A DNA stretch of 64,000 bases from the human T2T-CHM13v2.0 reference genome, Homo sapiens. A program made the position numbers and the translations under genes. Location: NCBI RefSeq assembly GCF_009914755.1, contig NC_060927.1. The stretch is one strand, 5' to 3'. How positions within the stretch are numbered: position 1 is the stretch's first letter; each line of letters begins with the position of its first letter. The notes under the pieces are model-generated. The model made no database searches. It was not told the DNA's origin and saw only the letters and a list, made by a program, of their open reading frames with translations. This document shows positions 1 through 13,419 of this stretch, piece after piece.

Positions 1-502
1 CTAAATGTGGGCTGAGTCCTCCTGACCCTGCAGCTAGGGAAACGCAAACAGGATGGAGGAACAAGGGTTTCAGCACATGACCTGCAGTCAGCCTGCTGCA
101 GTGTCACCAGCACATGGAGGCAGAAATCTCTGCACCTTCTACAACCTGTAGAGCTGCTGCCATGCGGGGAACACCAACAACTAGACTTGAGCCCTGATGA
201 GCCAACACCTAGCCCACAGGATCATGCCAGCCAGAGGGTAAGATTATCCCACAACAAATATAACTCACACCTGGAGAAAGAGAGCTGCTAGAGGACAAGG
301 GTGCAGCTGGAAGAAAATTGGAGGAGGTGAAGAGGGAAAGGACATTTACATGGATGCAAGAGCAGTACAAAAGAGTTTCTGGAGCTAAAAATAAACATAA
401 TTTTCTGCTCCAAAAATTCAGTGGATGAGTTACAAGAGAAAAGAAACACTGTTGAAACCTGAATTAGAGTTAGCATTCTGAATATTTACTGCTTATTGCA
501 GT

Positions 503-640
503 AATATATCAAAAGATAGCAAATATATCAAATATCTGAAAAATATATCAAATATTTCCAAAAATATAGCAAATATATCAAATAAGACAGAAATATATCA
601 AATAAGATAGCAAATATATCAAATAAGACAGAAATCATCA
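503..640. repeat. AT-rich minisatellite, ~20-21-bp unit (AAATATATCAAATAAGAYAG-like)
   Basis: About 6 degenerate copies of AAATATATCAAATA..., seen directly. Confidence 0.8.
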
Positions 641-665
641 TAAACAAATATATAAGGGTTTGGAG

Positions 666-880
666 CAGTGCATACCAAGGATGAGACAGTGGGAGTGTCC
701 ACCCTCAGCTCAGACAATAGTGTGTGCCTTGTCAGGAGATAATTTAGAAAACCAACTAAAAGACAGTTGGTTTTCTATGATCACAATGGACTGGCAATAC
801 TCAACAACATCAGTGATACAATAGTCCTCAAAAAAGTCTTCTTTTCATCTAAGATGTAAACCCTTGCTGCAGTTACTGGT
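666..880 (+). mobile_element. Probable ancient hAT-Tip100 DNA transposon end (Arthur1/Zaphod-like)
   Basis: Begins CAGTGCATACCAAGG...GTGGGAGTGTCCACCC and continues ...CTGGCAATACTCAACAACATCAGTGATA; resembles a recalled hAT-Tip100 terminus. Confidence 0.4.
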
Positions 881-1523
881 TTTTTTAAAAAATTAACTTT
901 ACCTTTTAGAACAGTTTAAATTGTCAAAAAGATTTAAAAGATTGTATAGAGAGTTCCCAAATACTCCTTCATCCATTTCTCCCTAAAATTAGTATCTTTC
1001 ATTAGTATAGTATATTTGTTACAATTAATGAATCAATACTGAGACTAATATCTAGAGCTTATTCTGATTTTCTTAGTTTTACCTAACATGTTTTTCTGTC
1101 CCAGGATTCCATCCAGGATACATTACACTTACTCGTCATGTCTCCTTAGGCTCTTCTTGGTGTGGCAGCTTCTCAGACCTTCCTTGTTTTTGAAGATTTC
1201 AACAGTGTTGAGGATTAAGAATTTTATAAGATGCCCCTTTTTTGAAACTTATGTGATGTATATCTGATATTTTTGTCATGATTAGATGTGGGTTATATGT
1301 AGACCACACAGGTAGAGAAGCAATGTTCATCACGTTATAATAATATTACATGCTATCAACATGATTTGTCACTGTTGATATTGACTTTTGTCAAAGATCA
1401 GTTGACTATATTTCTGTGAATCTATTTCTGGGCTCTCTACTCTGTTCCATTGATCTCTTTGTCTCTTCTTTTCCCAGTATCACACTGTTTTGATTACTGT
1501 AGCTTTATAGTAGTAAGCCTTGA

Positions 1524-1851
<328 letters not shown>

Positions 1852-2085
1852 AGTCCTCCAACTTCATTCTTCTTCAGTATTGTGTTGGCTATTCCAGGTC
1901 TTTTGCCTTTCTGTATAAACTTTAGAATTAGTCTTTGATATCCACTAAATAGGTAGCTGGGATTTTGATTGTGCTGCACTGAATAAAATTAAGTTAGGAA
2001 AGACTGACATCTTAAACAATATTAAATCTTCTTATCTATCCGTGGACATGAGATATCTTTCAACTTATTTATGTCTTTGATTTTT

Positions 2086-4072
2086 AAAAAATTTTATTTT
2101 AGGTTCAAGTGTAAATATGCAGGTTTATTATATAGGCAAATTGTGTGCCACAGGTGTTTGATGTGCAGATACTTTCATTACCCAGGTAATAAGCATGGTA
2201 CCTGATAGACAGTTTTTCTGATCCTTTCCCTCCTCCCACCCTCCACCTTCAAGTAGGCCCCAGTGTATGTTGTTCCCCTCCCAATATACATGTGTTCTAG
2301 TTGTTTAGCTCCTTCTTATGAGAATGTGTGGTATTTGGTTTTCTATTCCTGCATTAGTTTGCTAACAATAATGGCCTCCAGCTCCATCCATGTTCCTGCA
2401 AAGACATGATCTCATTCTTCTTTTGTATGGCTGCATAATATTTCATGGTGTATGTGTACCACATTTTCTTTATGCAGTCTACCATTGATAGGCATTTGGG
2501 TTGATTCCATGTTTTTGCTATTGTGAATAGTGCTGCAATGAACATACCTGTGCATGTGTCTTTATAACAGAATGATTTATATTTCTTTGGCTATATACCC
2601 AGTAATGGAATTGCTGGGTCAAATGGCAGTTCTATTTTAAGTTGTTTGAGGAATCACCGCACTGATTTCTGCAATGTCTGAACTAATTTATACTCCCACC
2701 AGCAGCATATAAGCATTCGTTTTCCCTGCAACCTTACCAGAATCTGTTATTTTTTGACTTTGTAATTATAGCCATTTTGACTAGTGTGAGATGCTATCTC
2801 ATTGTGGTTTTGATTTGTATTTCTCTAACGATTAGTGATGTTGAACATTTTCTCATATGTTTTTTGACCATTTGTATTAATATGTCTTCTTTTGAAAAGT
2901 GTCTTTTTATGTCCTTTGCCTATTTGTTAATGGGATTGTTGTTGTTACAAAAAATTGCTTGTACATTTGTTTAAGTTCCTTATAGATTCTGGATCAATAA
3001 GGATGTATAGCTATACTTTCTCCTATTCTATAGGTTATCTGTTTACTCTGTTGATAGTTTCTTTTGCTGTGCAGAAGCTCTTTAGTTTAATAAGATCCTA
3101 TTTGTCAATTTTTTTTTTTGCAATTGTTTTTGGTGTCTTTGTCATGAAAACTTTTGCAAGTCCTGTGTCCAGAAAGGTATTTCCTGAATTATCTTCTAGG
3201 GTTTTTATAGTTTTAGGTTTTAGATTTAAGTTTTTAATATATTTTGAGTTGATTTTTGTACATAGTGTAATGTAGGGGTCCAGTTTCAATCTTCTGCATA
3301 TAACTAGCCAGTGATCTCAGCACCATTTACTGAATGGGGAGTCCTTTTCCCATTGCTTGTTATTGTCAACTTTGCCAAATATCAGATGGTTGTAGGCACG
3401 TGGCATTATTTCTGGGCTCTCTCTGTTCTGTTCATTGATGTATGCATCTCTTTTTGTACAAGTACCATGCTGTTTTGCTTACTGTAGCCCATAGTTTGGA
3501 GTCAGGTAACACGATGCCTCCAGCTTTCTTATTTTTGCTTAGGATTGCTTTGGCTATTAGAGCTCTTTTGTGCTCCCATATGATAGTCTTTTCTAATTCT
3601 GTGAAGAATGTCATTGGTAGTTTGATAGGAATGGCACTGAATCTGTAAATTGCTTTGGGCAATATGGCCATTTTAACAATAATGATTCTTCCTATCCATG
3701 AACATGGAAAGTTTTTCCCTTTGTTTGTGTCATCTCTGATTTCTTTGAGCAGTGTTTTGTAATTCTCATAGAGATTTTTTGCCTTCCTGGTTAACTATAT
3801 TCCTAGGTATTTTATTCTTTTTGCACTATCGTGAAATGGATTGTGTTCTTGATTTGGCTCTCAGCTTGGATGCTGTTGTTATATAGGAATATTATTGATT
3901 TTTGTATGTTGATTTTGTATCCTAAAACTTTGCTGAAGCTGTTTATCATATCAAGGAACTTTTGGGCAAAGACTATGGGGTTTTCTAGATATAGGATCAT
4001 GACATCTGCAAATAGGAATTGTTTGACTTCCTCTCTTCCTATTTGAATGCTTTTATTTCTTTATCTTGCCTG
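2086..4072 (-). mobile_element. 5'-truncated L1PA (L1PA13-16-like), ~2 kb
   Basis: L1PA 3' UTR and ORF2 C-terminal peptides (MFIAALFTIAKTW; [19 protein letters not shown]; MILYLENP); TSD TATGTCTTTGATTTTT (2070-2085) / TATATCTTTGATTTTT (4073-4088). Confidence 0.9.
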
Positions 4073-5020
4073 TATATCTTTGATTTTTTTAATTAGAGTT
4101 TTGTAGTAAAACTTGTAAAAAGTTTTGTTAGCTGTATACTTAAGAATTTCATTGTTTTGGTGCTAATATAAGTGTTCCTTTTAATTTCAAAAACACAGAT
4201 GTATATAGGAAAGCAATAGACTTTTCTATATTAATCTTGTATTCTACATCTTTGCTATAATCACTTATTAGTTCCAGGAGTTTTATGTTGATTCATTAAA
4301 ATTTTCTACATAGACAACTATGTCATCTGTGAACAAAGACAGTTATATATCTTCTTTCCAAATCTGTATACTTTTTATTTTCCTTTCTTATCTAATTGCA
4401 CCAGCTAGAACTCCTAATATGTTGAATAGAAGTGGTGAGAGGGGACATCCTTGCCTTCTTCCTAATGTTAGTGGGAAAGCTTCAAGTTTGTCACCATCAA
4501 GTGTGATGTTAGCTGTATGTTTGTTGTAGGTTCTCTCTATCAAGTTGAGGAAACTCCCCCCATTCCTAGTTTGCTGAATCTGTATCATAAATGGATATTG
4601 GATTTTGTCAAGTGCTTTTTTTACATCTATGCATATGATCACATGATTTTTTCTTTAATCTGTTGATATGATAAATTACATTAATTGATTTTTGAATGTT
4701 AAACCAATATTACATACCTGGAATAAATTCCACTTGCAGGTGGTGTATAGTTCTGTGCACTGTTGGATTTGATTTGCTAATATTTTGTTGAGGAGCTTTA
4801 CATCCATATTCATGAGAAATATTGGTTTGTAGTTTTCTTTTCTTGTAAGGGAAGTCTTTGTCTGCATTTGGTATTAGGGTGATGCTGACCTCAGAGAATA
4901 AGTTAGGAAGCCATTCCTTGGTGTCTGTTTTTTGAAACAGATTGTAAAGAATTTTTATTGTTTTTTCCTTAAATGTTTTGTAGAATTCACCAATGAAATC
5001 ATCTGGGTCTGGTACTCTCT

Positions 5021-5102
5021 GTTTTAGAAGATTATTAAGTATTCACTCAATTTCTTTTTCAGTTTTAGAAGATTATTTAGTATTCATTCAATTTCTTTTT
5101 CA
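5021..5102. repeat. 41-bp tandem duplication inside L1
   Basis: GTTTTAGAAGATTATTWAGTATTCAYTCAATTTCTTTTTCA twice, 2 mismatches. Confidence 0.9.
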
Positions 5103-7934
5103 GTATAGACCTATTTAAATTAACTATTTCTCTTTGTGTGAGTTTTAGTAGATTGTGTCTTTTGAGTAATTGGGTTTTTTCCCCTAAGTTATCAAATATG
5201 TAGTGACAAAGTTGTTCATAATATTTCTTTATTTCCCTTTTAATATCCACGGATTAGTAGTGATGGTGGGCTTTCTTTTATTTCTGATATTAGTGATTTG
5301 TGTCTTCTCTCCTTCTCTCTCTCTCAGTTAACCTGGCTATCCAAGATCAATAAAATTGATCTTTTCAAGCAAGTTTTTTGATTTCTTTTTTTGGTTTTTA
5401 TTTATTTTACATTTCATTAATGTTTGCTCAAATTTTTTTGATTATTTATTTTCTTCTGCTTAGTTTGGATTTAACTTGTTCTTCTTTTTCTTTCCCAACA
5501 TTAAAGCTTAGATTTAATTTTGAGATCTTTCTAATTTTCTAATATTTGCAGTCAATGTTATAAACTAAACTTGTTATTGGACCCCTCTAATAAATTTTTA
5601 TTTCAGTTATTGGACTTTTCAACTTCAGTATTTCTATTTGGTGTCTTTATATGATTTCTATGTCTTTATTGATACTCTCTATGTGGTGAAACACTGTTTT
5701 CCTGGTTTCCTTTAGTTATTTGTATGTGGTTTCTTTTTGTTTTTTGAATATATTTTAAATAGTTGATGTACTGCCTTTGTCTAATAAGCCCAATATCCAG
5801 GTATCATCAGTGCAGGTTTCCATTCATTTTTTAAATGTACATAGGCCATACTTTCTTGTTTCTTTGCATGCCTTGTAATATTTTGTTGAACATCAGACAT
5901 TTTGAATATTATAATATGGAAGTTTTGGAACTCTGATTTTCCCCTATCTCCAGTGTTGCTGCTTGTTGTATTTGTTTTTTCCTTCTTTAGTAACTTTTCT
6001 GAACTAGTTTTGTAAAGTCTATATTCTTTGTCATGTATAGCCACTGAAGTCTCAGTTCCTATTAGCTTAATAGTCAGCTAGTAATTAAGCAGAGATTTCC
6101 TTAAACACCTGGGAGGAAAATCTCCCAGTCTAAAGATGCGCTCTGTTTGTGTTTTGTGTTTGTGCCTCCACCAGGCAGTTTACAACTCTGCCTTAGCCTT
6201 CACTTCCTGCTTACACAGAGTCAGAAAGTCAGCCAGAGGTTAAATCTTAGGGCCTTCTCAGGTCTCTTTTAGGCATGCAGTCAACCATCCTGGGAGTGTG
6301 CATAGACTTCTTGACTCCCAGGAGCTTTTCAAAGACTTTATTCCCCCAAAGCATTTCATTCCTCAGCCTTTCCTCCCAAGCTTATTGATTCATCTGTTGT
6401 TTCTCCTAATTGCTATCCTTTGAGTGAGACGGAGTGATTTTAACATTTGCCTTTAAAAGTTTCTGATAGAATGTTGAAAGCCCTGGTATGTTCTGAATTA
6501 GGAGAAATAAAGGCAAACCCATTGATCCCTTCCTTTTGGGAGCCAACATACTGGTCAAAACAAAAAAAAATGCAATTATTTAAAGATAAGTTCTACTGTG
6601 CTCCCTCCAGTACTAAATACCTGTACTGTGAATGCCAGCTGTTGTCTCAAGGTCACCATCAAGCCAGGAATGGAACCAGGATAAGTTAAAATGCCACAAA
6701 TTTCTTTTACTGAGATTCAGCTGGTTTTTCTTAATTAAACATTAGGCTTTGGATTAGTTTCTAGCATTCCTAAAAAGTTGATTTTGGCAGTTTTTGCAGT
6801 TAGTTTATTGCTTTTGTGGAGGGACAAATTTTGATGTTCTCTACTGTGCCACTTTTGCTTCTCTACCCTTTCACTTTTAACCTGTTTATGTCTTTATATT
6901 TAAGTGGATTTCTTGCAGTCAATATACAGTTTGGTCTCATTTTTAATCCAATATGACAATCTTTGTCCTTTAATTTGTGTATCTGGACCATTTAGATTTA
7001 AAGTTATTATTGATATAGTTGAATAATGCTAACATATTTGCAGCTTTTTTCTATTCATTTAACTTGCTCTTTGTTTCTTTTTTTCACTTGTTCTTTTATT
7101 GCTTTCTGTGGTTTTAACTTAGCATATTATAATATTTCATTTTCTCTCCTCTCTTAGCATATCAATGTGGCGAAAATTGATATTGAGTTCTCAAATAATA
7201 GTAGGAATAAAAGACTAATGTAGAACCTTGAATAAACAATGGGAAAATTAAAATAAAGAATATGTTTAAAGAGCAATCATGTAAAATAAATAAAACCAAG
7301 TCAAGATGGAAAGAATAAAATCAAGATTAAAGTCACATACCAAAAAAAAACCAAAATTGACTAAATTCCTGTGCCATAAATACATACAATTTTTATTTTT
7401 CAATTTTAAAAAGTTTTTTTAAGAGACAATTTAAAAAATAAATGCTTACCCAAACCTTGCCCATCTCCTATCAAAGAAGCCTGCAACACTGTGGTGCTTC
7501 ACCCTCAGAAGGGGCACACTGGCTTGTTGAAATGAGATGAAGTATTCCACATTTTTAACCTCCCCAAAAATACAGAGCCTGCCATAGTGAGTTAAAAAAT
7601 AAAACATAATTTGTTTTTGGAAGAGTTTAAACACTCATCAAAGTGGTAAGAAAACATTGCAAATAAAGAGGCAGATAAAGAGATAATAAACAAATACAAG
7701 TAAAAAGGAAAATACAAGTAAAAAGGAAACAATGTCAGTAGCAACCAAACCATTGATTAAAAGCACTAAAACAGATAAATATAAATACATTTTCCCTAAC
7801 TCCCAACTGGTTAAAAATGTATATTTTGTAAATATACAAAGCATAACTTGTAAAGAAGATACAACAGAAGTTAACCTATATGCACCAAATATAGTTGTTT
7901 AGTACATAAAAATAATTTATTAGAAATGCCAGGA

Positions 7935-8661
7935 AGCTGTGTCCATTTTCTACCCAATAGCATTTTCCTTTCTTACTCATGAGAGGTGCCTGATTCTGCT
8001 GCAGACTACAATGTGCCCAATTAACAGACCACATTTCTCGGCTTTTTTTTTTTTTTCTGCCACAATGATCATGCAACTAGGACCAGGCTAGTAAAATGTA
8101 AGCAGATGTGTTTTGTGGAACTTCTGAAAAGGTCTCTTTGAGATCACTATCTCAGAAATGTGCCTTTTGCCTGCCTTCATTCTTCCTTCTTGAATAGGAC
8201 ACAATGGTTCCAGCAGCTGTCTTAAGAAATGCAGGTGAACCCATGCTAAGAATGGTGGTGCAAACAGATACAAGAAGCCTGGTTCTTGTAACTTAGTGGT
8301 GCTACCACATCAGCCTGTGGTGTCCCATCTCTAAGCATTTTTTAATGTAAGGTACTAAATATTCTGTATTTAAAATATTTTCAGGCCTCGGCAACATAGT
8401 GAGATCCAGTCTCTACTAAAAAATTAAGAATTTGTGAAAGTTAGCTGGGCATGGTGGCCCATGCCTGTAGTCCCAACTACTCAGGGGGCTGAGGTGGGAG
8501 GAGTACTTGAGCCTGGGAGTTCAAGGCTGAAATGAGCTGAGATCACACTACTGCACTCCAGCCTTGGCAAGAGAGAAATATCCTGTCTCCAAGATCTATA
8601 TATGTATATCCAATCTAGTTTCTTTCTATTGTATGAGCCAAACTTAATCCTCACTAATACA
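7935..8661 (+). mobile_element. Ancient ERVL LTR (LTR33-like), interrupted by an Alu fragment
   Basis: Ends AGCCAAACTTAATCCTCACTAATACA, like the LTR33 terminus; degenerate body. Confidence 0.55.
8384..8592 (+). mobile_element. 5'-truncated AluJ-type fragment
   Basis: End of the left arm plus right arm with J-type GAGTTCAAGGCTG. Confidence 0.85.
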
Positions 8662-8788
8662 AATTGGTAAACATACAAGAAGAGTAAAAGACTTCAACGT
8701 ATTTCTGCAATAACAGGACAGATGTCATAGTCAAAAAAGTAAGTGAGAATTTTGTGCATCAAGAAACATTATCAAGAAAGAAAAAAGG

Positions 8789-9091
8789 GGCTGGGCGTGG
8801 TGGCTCATGCCTGTAGTTCCAGCACTTTGGAAGGCCGAGGTGGGAGCATCACGAGGTCAGGAGATCGAGACCATCCTGGCTAACATGGTGAAATGCCATC
8901 TCTACTAAAAATACAAAAAATTAGCTGGATGTGGTGGCGGGCGCCTGTGGTCCCAGCTACTCAGGAGGCTGAGACAGGAGAATGGCGCAAACCCGGGAGG
9001 TGGAGCTTGCAGGGAGCAGAGATCACGCCACTACACTCCAGCCTGCGTAGCAGAGTGAGACTCCATCTCAAAAAAAAAAAAAAAAAAAAGA
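8789..9091 (+). mobile_element. AluY-type Alu
   Basis: Y-type positions (CCTGGCTAAC, AATGGCG, GAGCTTGCAG); perfect 15-bp TSD AAGAAAGAAAAAAGG (8774-8788 / 9092-9106). Confidence 0.95.
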
Positions 9092-9844
9092 AAGAAAGAA
9101 AAAAGGAAGCCTATAAAATGGGAAAATATATTTGTAAATTATATATCTAATAAGGGTCTAATATTCAGAATATATAAAGAACTCTTATAAGTCAACAATG
9201 AGCATGCAAACAACCAACTTTTTTTTTAAATGGGCAAATGAGTTGAGTAGATATTTCCCAAAAGTAGATACACAAATGACCAACAAGCACATGAAAATAT
9301 GCTCTACATCATTAGTCATTAGTGAAATGCCAGTGAAAGCCACAGTGAAATACTACTTTATAAATAGTAGGATGGCTATTACCTTGAAAACAAAGCACAC
9401 ACACAGAAAGTAACAAGTGTTGATGATGTGGAGAAATTGCAACCCTTATGCATTGCTGGCAGAAATGTAAAATGGTTCAATCACCATGGTAACAGTTTGG
9501 TAGTTCTTCAAAAAGTTAAAATGGGAACTATCATATAACCCATCAAATCCACCCTTAGGTACATACCCAAGACAATTGAAAACAGAAACTTGAACAAATA
9601 CATAGACACAAGTGTTTGTAGCAGCACTATACACAATAGCCAAAAGGTGGAAACAATCCAGAGTTCTCTCAGTAGATGAATGGACAAATAAGTTGTGGTA
9701 TAGCCATACAATGGAATATTATTTGGCCTAAAAATGATTGAAACACTGGTACATGCTACATGGTGGATAAGAAGCAAAAACATTATGCTAGGTGAAAGAA
9801 GCCAGACACAAAATGTCACATGGTATGATTCCATTTATAGGTTG

Positions 9845-12539
9845 TATATTAGTCCATTCTCACACTGCTATAAGGACATATTCAAGACTGAGTAATTTAT
9901 AAAGAAAAGAGGTTTGATCAACTCACAGTTCCACAGGGCTTGGAAAGCCTCAGGAAACTTACAATCATGGCAGAAGGGGAAGCAAACATGTTCTTCACTG
10001 AGTGGCAGCAGAGAGAAATGCAGAATGAAGAGGATAGGAAAGTCCCTTATAAAACCATCAGATCTCATGACAGCTAACGCACTATCATGAGAACAGGATG
10101 GGAGAAACTGCCCAGTGATTCAGTTGTCTTCATTTGGCTCCTCCCATGACACATGGGGATTATGGGAACTACAATTCAAGATGAGATTTGGGTAGGGACA
10201 CAGAGCCAAACCATATAATTCCACTCCGGCCTCTCCCAAATCTCATGTCCTCACAATTCAAAACAATCATGCCCTTCCAACAGTTCCCTAAAGTCTTAAC
10301 TAATTCCAGCATTAACCCAAAAGTCCAAGTTCAAAGTCTTATCTGAGACGTGGCAAGTCCCTTCCACCTATGAACCTGCAGAATCAAAAGCAAGTTAGTT
10401 ACTTCCTAGATAGAATGGGGGTATGGGCATTGGGTAAATAAGCCCATTCCAAATGGGAGGAATTGGCCAAAACTAAGGGGATGCAGGCTCCATGCAAGTC
10501 CAAAATCCAATAAGACAGTCACTAAACCTTAAAGTTTCAAAATGATCTTCTTTGACTCTATGTCTTACATCCAAGTTGTGCTGATGCAAGAGGTGGTCTT
10601 CCATGGCCTTGAGCAGCTCTGCCCCTGTGTCTTTGTGGGGTACAGCTCCCCTCTTGGCTGCTTTCATGGGCTGGCATTGAGTGTCTGTGGCTTTTCCAGG
10701 TGCACAATGCAAGATGTGAGTGGATCTACCATTCTGGGGTCTGGACGATGGTGGCCCCATTTTCACAGCTCCACCAGGCAGTGCCCCAGTGGGGACTCTG
10801 TGTGGGGGCTCTGACCCCCCATTTCCCTTCCACAATCCCCTAGCAGAGGTTCTCCATGAGGCCTATACCCCTGCAGCAAACTTCTGCCTGGGCATCCAGG
10901 CATTTCCATATATGCTCTGAAATCTTCATAGAGGTTCTTAAACCTCAATCTTTGACTTCTGTGCACCCACAGATTCAATATCACATGTAAACTGCAAAGG
11001 CTTAAGCTTGCACCCTCTGAAGCCACAGCCTGAGCTGTACATTGGTCCCTTTTAGCCATGGCTAGAGCAGCTGGGATGCAGGGCACCAACTCCCAAGGCT
11101 GCACACAGCAAGTGGCCTTGGACCCGGCCCAGGAAACCATTTTTCCCTCTTAGGCCTCCAGGCCTGTGATGGGAAGGGCTGCCATGAAGGTCTCTGACAT
11201 GCCCTGGAGACATTTTTCCCATTGTCTTGGTGATTAGCATTTGGCTTCTCATTATGCAAATTTTTGCTGCCAGATTGAATTTCTCCCCGGAAAATTGGTT
11301 TTTCTTTTCTACTGCATCATCAGGCTGCAAATTTTTAAAACTTTTATGTTCTGCTTCCTCTTGAACACTTTGCCACTTAGAAAGTTCTTCTGCCAGATAC
11401 CCTAAATTATCTCTCTCAAGTTCAAAGTTCCATAGATCTCTAGGTCAGGGCAAAATGCCACCCATCTCTTTGCATATCAAGAGTGACTGGATTAGTCCAT
11501 TTTCATACTGCTATGAAGAAATACCCAAGACTGGGTAATTTACAAAAAAAAGGTTTAATTGACTCACAGTTCCACATGGCTGGGGAGGCCTCACAATTAT
11601 AGCAGAAGGCAAAGGAGGATCAAAGTCACATCTTACATGGAGTCAGGCAACAGAGTATGTGCAGGGGAACTGCCCTTTCTAAAACCATCAGATCTTGTGA
11701 GACTTATTTACTACCATGAGAACAGCACAGGAAAATCCCACCCTCATGATTCAATTAGCTTCCACTGTGTCCCTCCTACAACACATGAGGATTATGGAAG
11801 CTAAAATTCAAAATGAGATTTGGGTGGGGGCATAGCCAAACCATATCAGCGACTTTTACTCCAGTACCCAACAAGTTCCTCATCTCCATCTGAGACCACC
11901 TCAGCCTGGACTTTATTGTTCATATCACTATCAACATTTTGGTTAAAGCCATTCAACAAGTCTCTAAGAAGTTCCAAACTTTCCCACACGTTCCTGTCTT
12001 CTGAGCCCTCTAAGTCTATAGGAAGTTCGAAAGTTTCCCACATTTTTCTGGTCTTCTACTGAGTCCTCCAAACTGTTCCAACCTCTGCCTGTTACCCAGT
12101 TCCAAAATTGCTTCCATATTTTCCGATATCTTTACAGCATTACCCCATTACCTGGTACCAATTTACTGTATTAGCCCATTCTCATGCTGCTAGGAGGACA
12201 TACCTGAGACTAGGTAATTTATAAAGGAAAGAGGTTTAAGTGACTCACAGTTCTGCAGGGCTGGGAAGGCCTCAGGAAACTTACAATCATAATGGAACGG
12301 GAAGCAAAAATGTCCTTCACATGATGGCAGCAAGGAGAAATGTAGAGCAGAGGTCGGGAAAAGACCCCTTATAAAACCATCAGCTCTCACGAGAACTAAT
12401 TCACTATGATAAGAACAGGATGAGGGAAACCTCCCCCATGATTCAAGTATTTTCACCTGGTCCCTCCCAGCACATGTGGGTATTATGGGAACGACAATTC
12501 AAGATGAGATATGGGTGGGGACACAGCCAAACCATATCA
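9845..12539 (-). mobile_element. Full-length THE1 (THE1D-like) MaLR: LTR 9845-10218, internal region 10219-12166, LTR 12167-12539
   Basis: Two direct LTRs; MaLR junction GTAAATTGGTACCAG on the minus strand; TSD GGTTG / GGTGG. Confidence 0.92.
11488..11848 (-). mobile_element. THE1 (THE1C-like) solo LTR nested in the THE1 internal region
   Basis: TG...CCATATCA LTR flanked by TSD GTGAC / GCGAC; host internal sequence resumes afterwards. Confidence 0.9.
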
Positions 12540-13206
12540 GGTGGAATATTCAAATCTATAGAGACAGAAAGCAAATGGGTTTTGGCCAGGTGCTGGGAGT
12601 GTGGAGCAGCTGAGAAGTGACTGCTCACAGGTACATGGTTTTATTAGGGATGATGAAAATGTTTTGAAACTTGTACTAAACATACTAAATGCCATTGAAT
12701 TGTACACTGTATAAAATGTTGAATTTTATGCTATATGAATTTCATCTCAATTTTTTAAATAAAAAGAGGAATCAAATGTGATTATACATACATATGTGTG
12801 TGTTGCATCCTTGTGTGTCTATTTATATAGATAAATAATCTTACATCTCTAGAAGGGAGAATGTACTTTTTCTATATCCCTTAAACATTTAAAGGAATTT
12901 ACCATGAAATCCTTGTGTCCAAAAATAAAAAGAAATTTTGTTGATCAGGATTCAATAATATTAGAAACAGCTAATAAAAATAGGACCAAAAGTTATATAT
13001 ATATATATATGTTAAAAAACGTGCTCCCAGCTGAACTTGAATCATGGGGGTGGTCAGAATAAAGAGTGCAGACTAAAAGAAAAGCAACCCAAAGGGGAGC
13101 ACTTCATAACAACATCAGAAAATGAAGGAAGTAAGGAAGGACTCAGCTGTAAACTCCAGAAAACAGAAGAAATAAGGAAGAGAGAATTGGTAAAAATAAA
13201 AGATGA

Positions 13207-13331
13207 GGCCAGGCATGGTGGCTCATGCCTGTGATCCTAGCACTTTTGGAGGCCAAGGCGGGAGAATCACTTGAGGCCAGGAGTTTGAGAACACCTGGGT
13301 AACATCGTGAGACCTTATCGCTACAAAAAAA
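13207..13331 (+). mobile_element. Free left Alu monomer (FLAM-like)
   Basis: Single monomer GGCCAGGCATGG...CTACAAAAAA. Confidence 0.85.
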
Positions 13332-13419
13332 TTTAATTTAAAGATAAAATTATTAAAACATAAAATAGAAATAAAAATAAGAGAAGATAGTCACAGGAGA
13401 GAGAAAAATAATTATAGGT

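Larger units (their letters stand above)
8750..12760 (+). mobile_element. L1MB-type 3' end, split by AluY and a THE1 provirus
   Basis: ORF2 C-terminal peptide (9198-9413 KHMKICSTSLVISEM) and L1MB 3' UTR resuming at 12545. Confidence 0.8.

Noticed and set aside
503-640. Regularly spaced short repeats resembling a CRISPR array
   Set aside because: Head-to-tail degenerate minisatellite without unique spacers, in primate DNA with no cas genes.
2354-4867. L1 ORF2-like ORFs as functional genes
   Set aside because: Short frameshifted fragments of two different truncated L1 copies.
10473-11330. ORFs of 90-125 aa in the THE1 internal region
   Set aside because: Fragments of the decayed MaLR internal ORF in several frames; no intact CDS.
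11958-12070. ~55-bp tandem duplication in the THE1 internal region
   Set aside because: As I recall, a common feature of THE1-int subfamilies rather than locus-specific.
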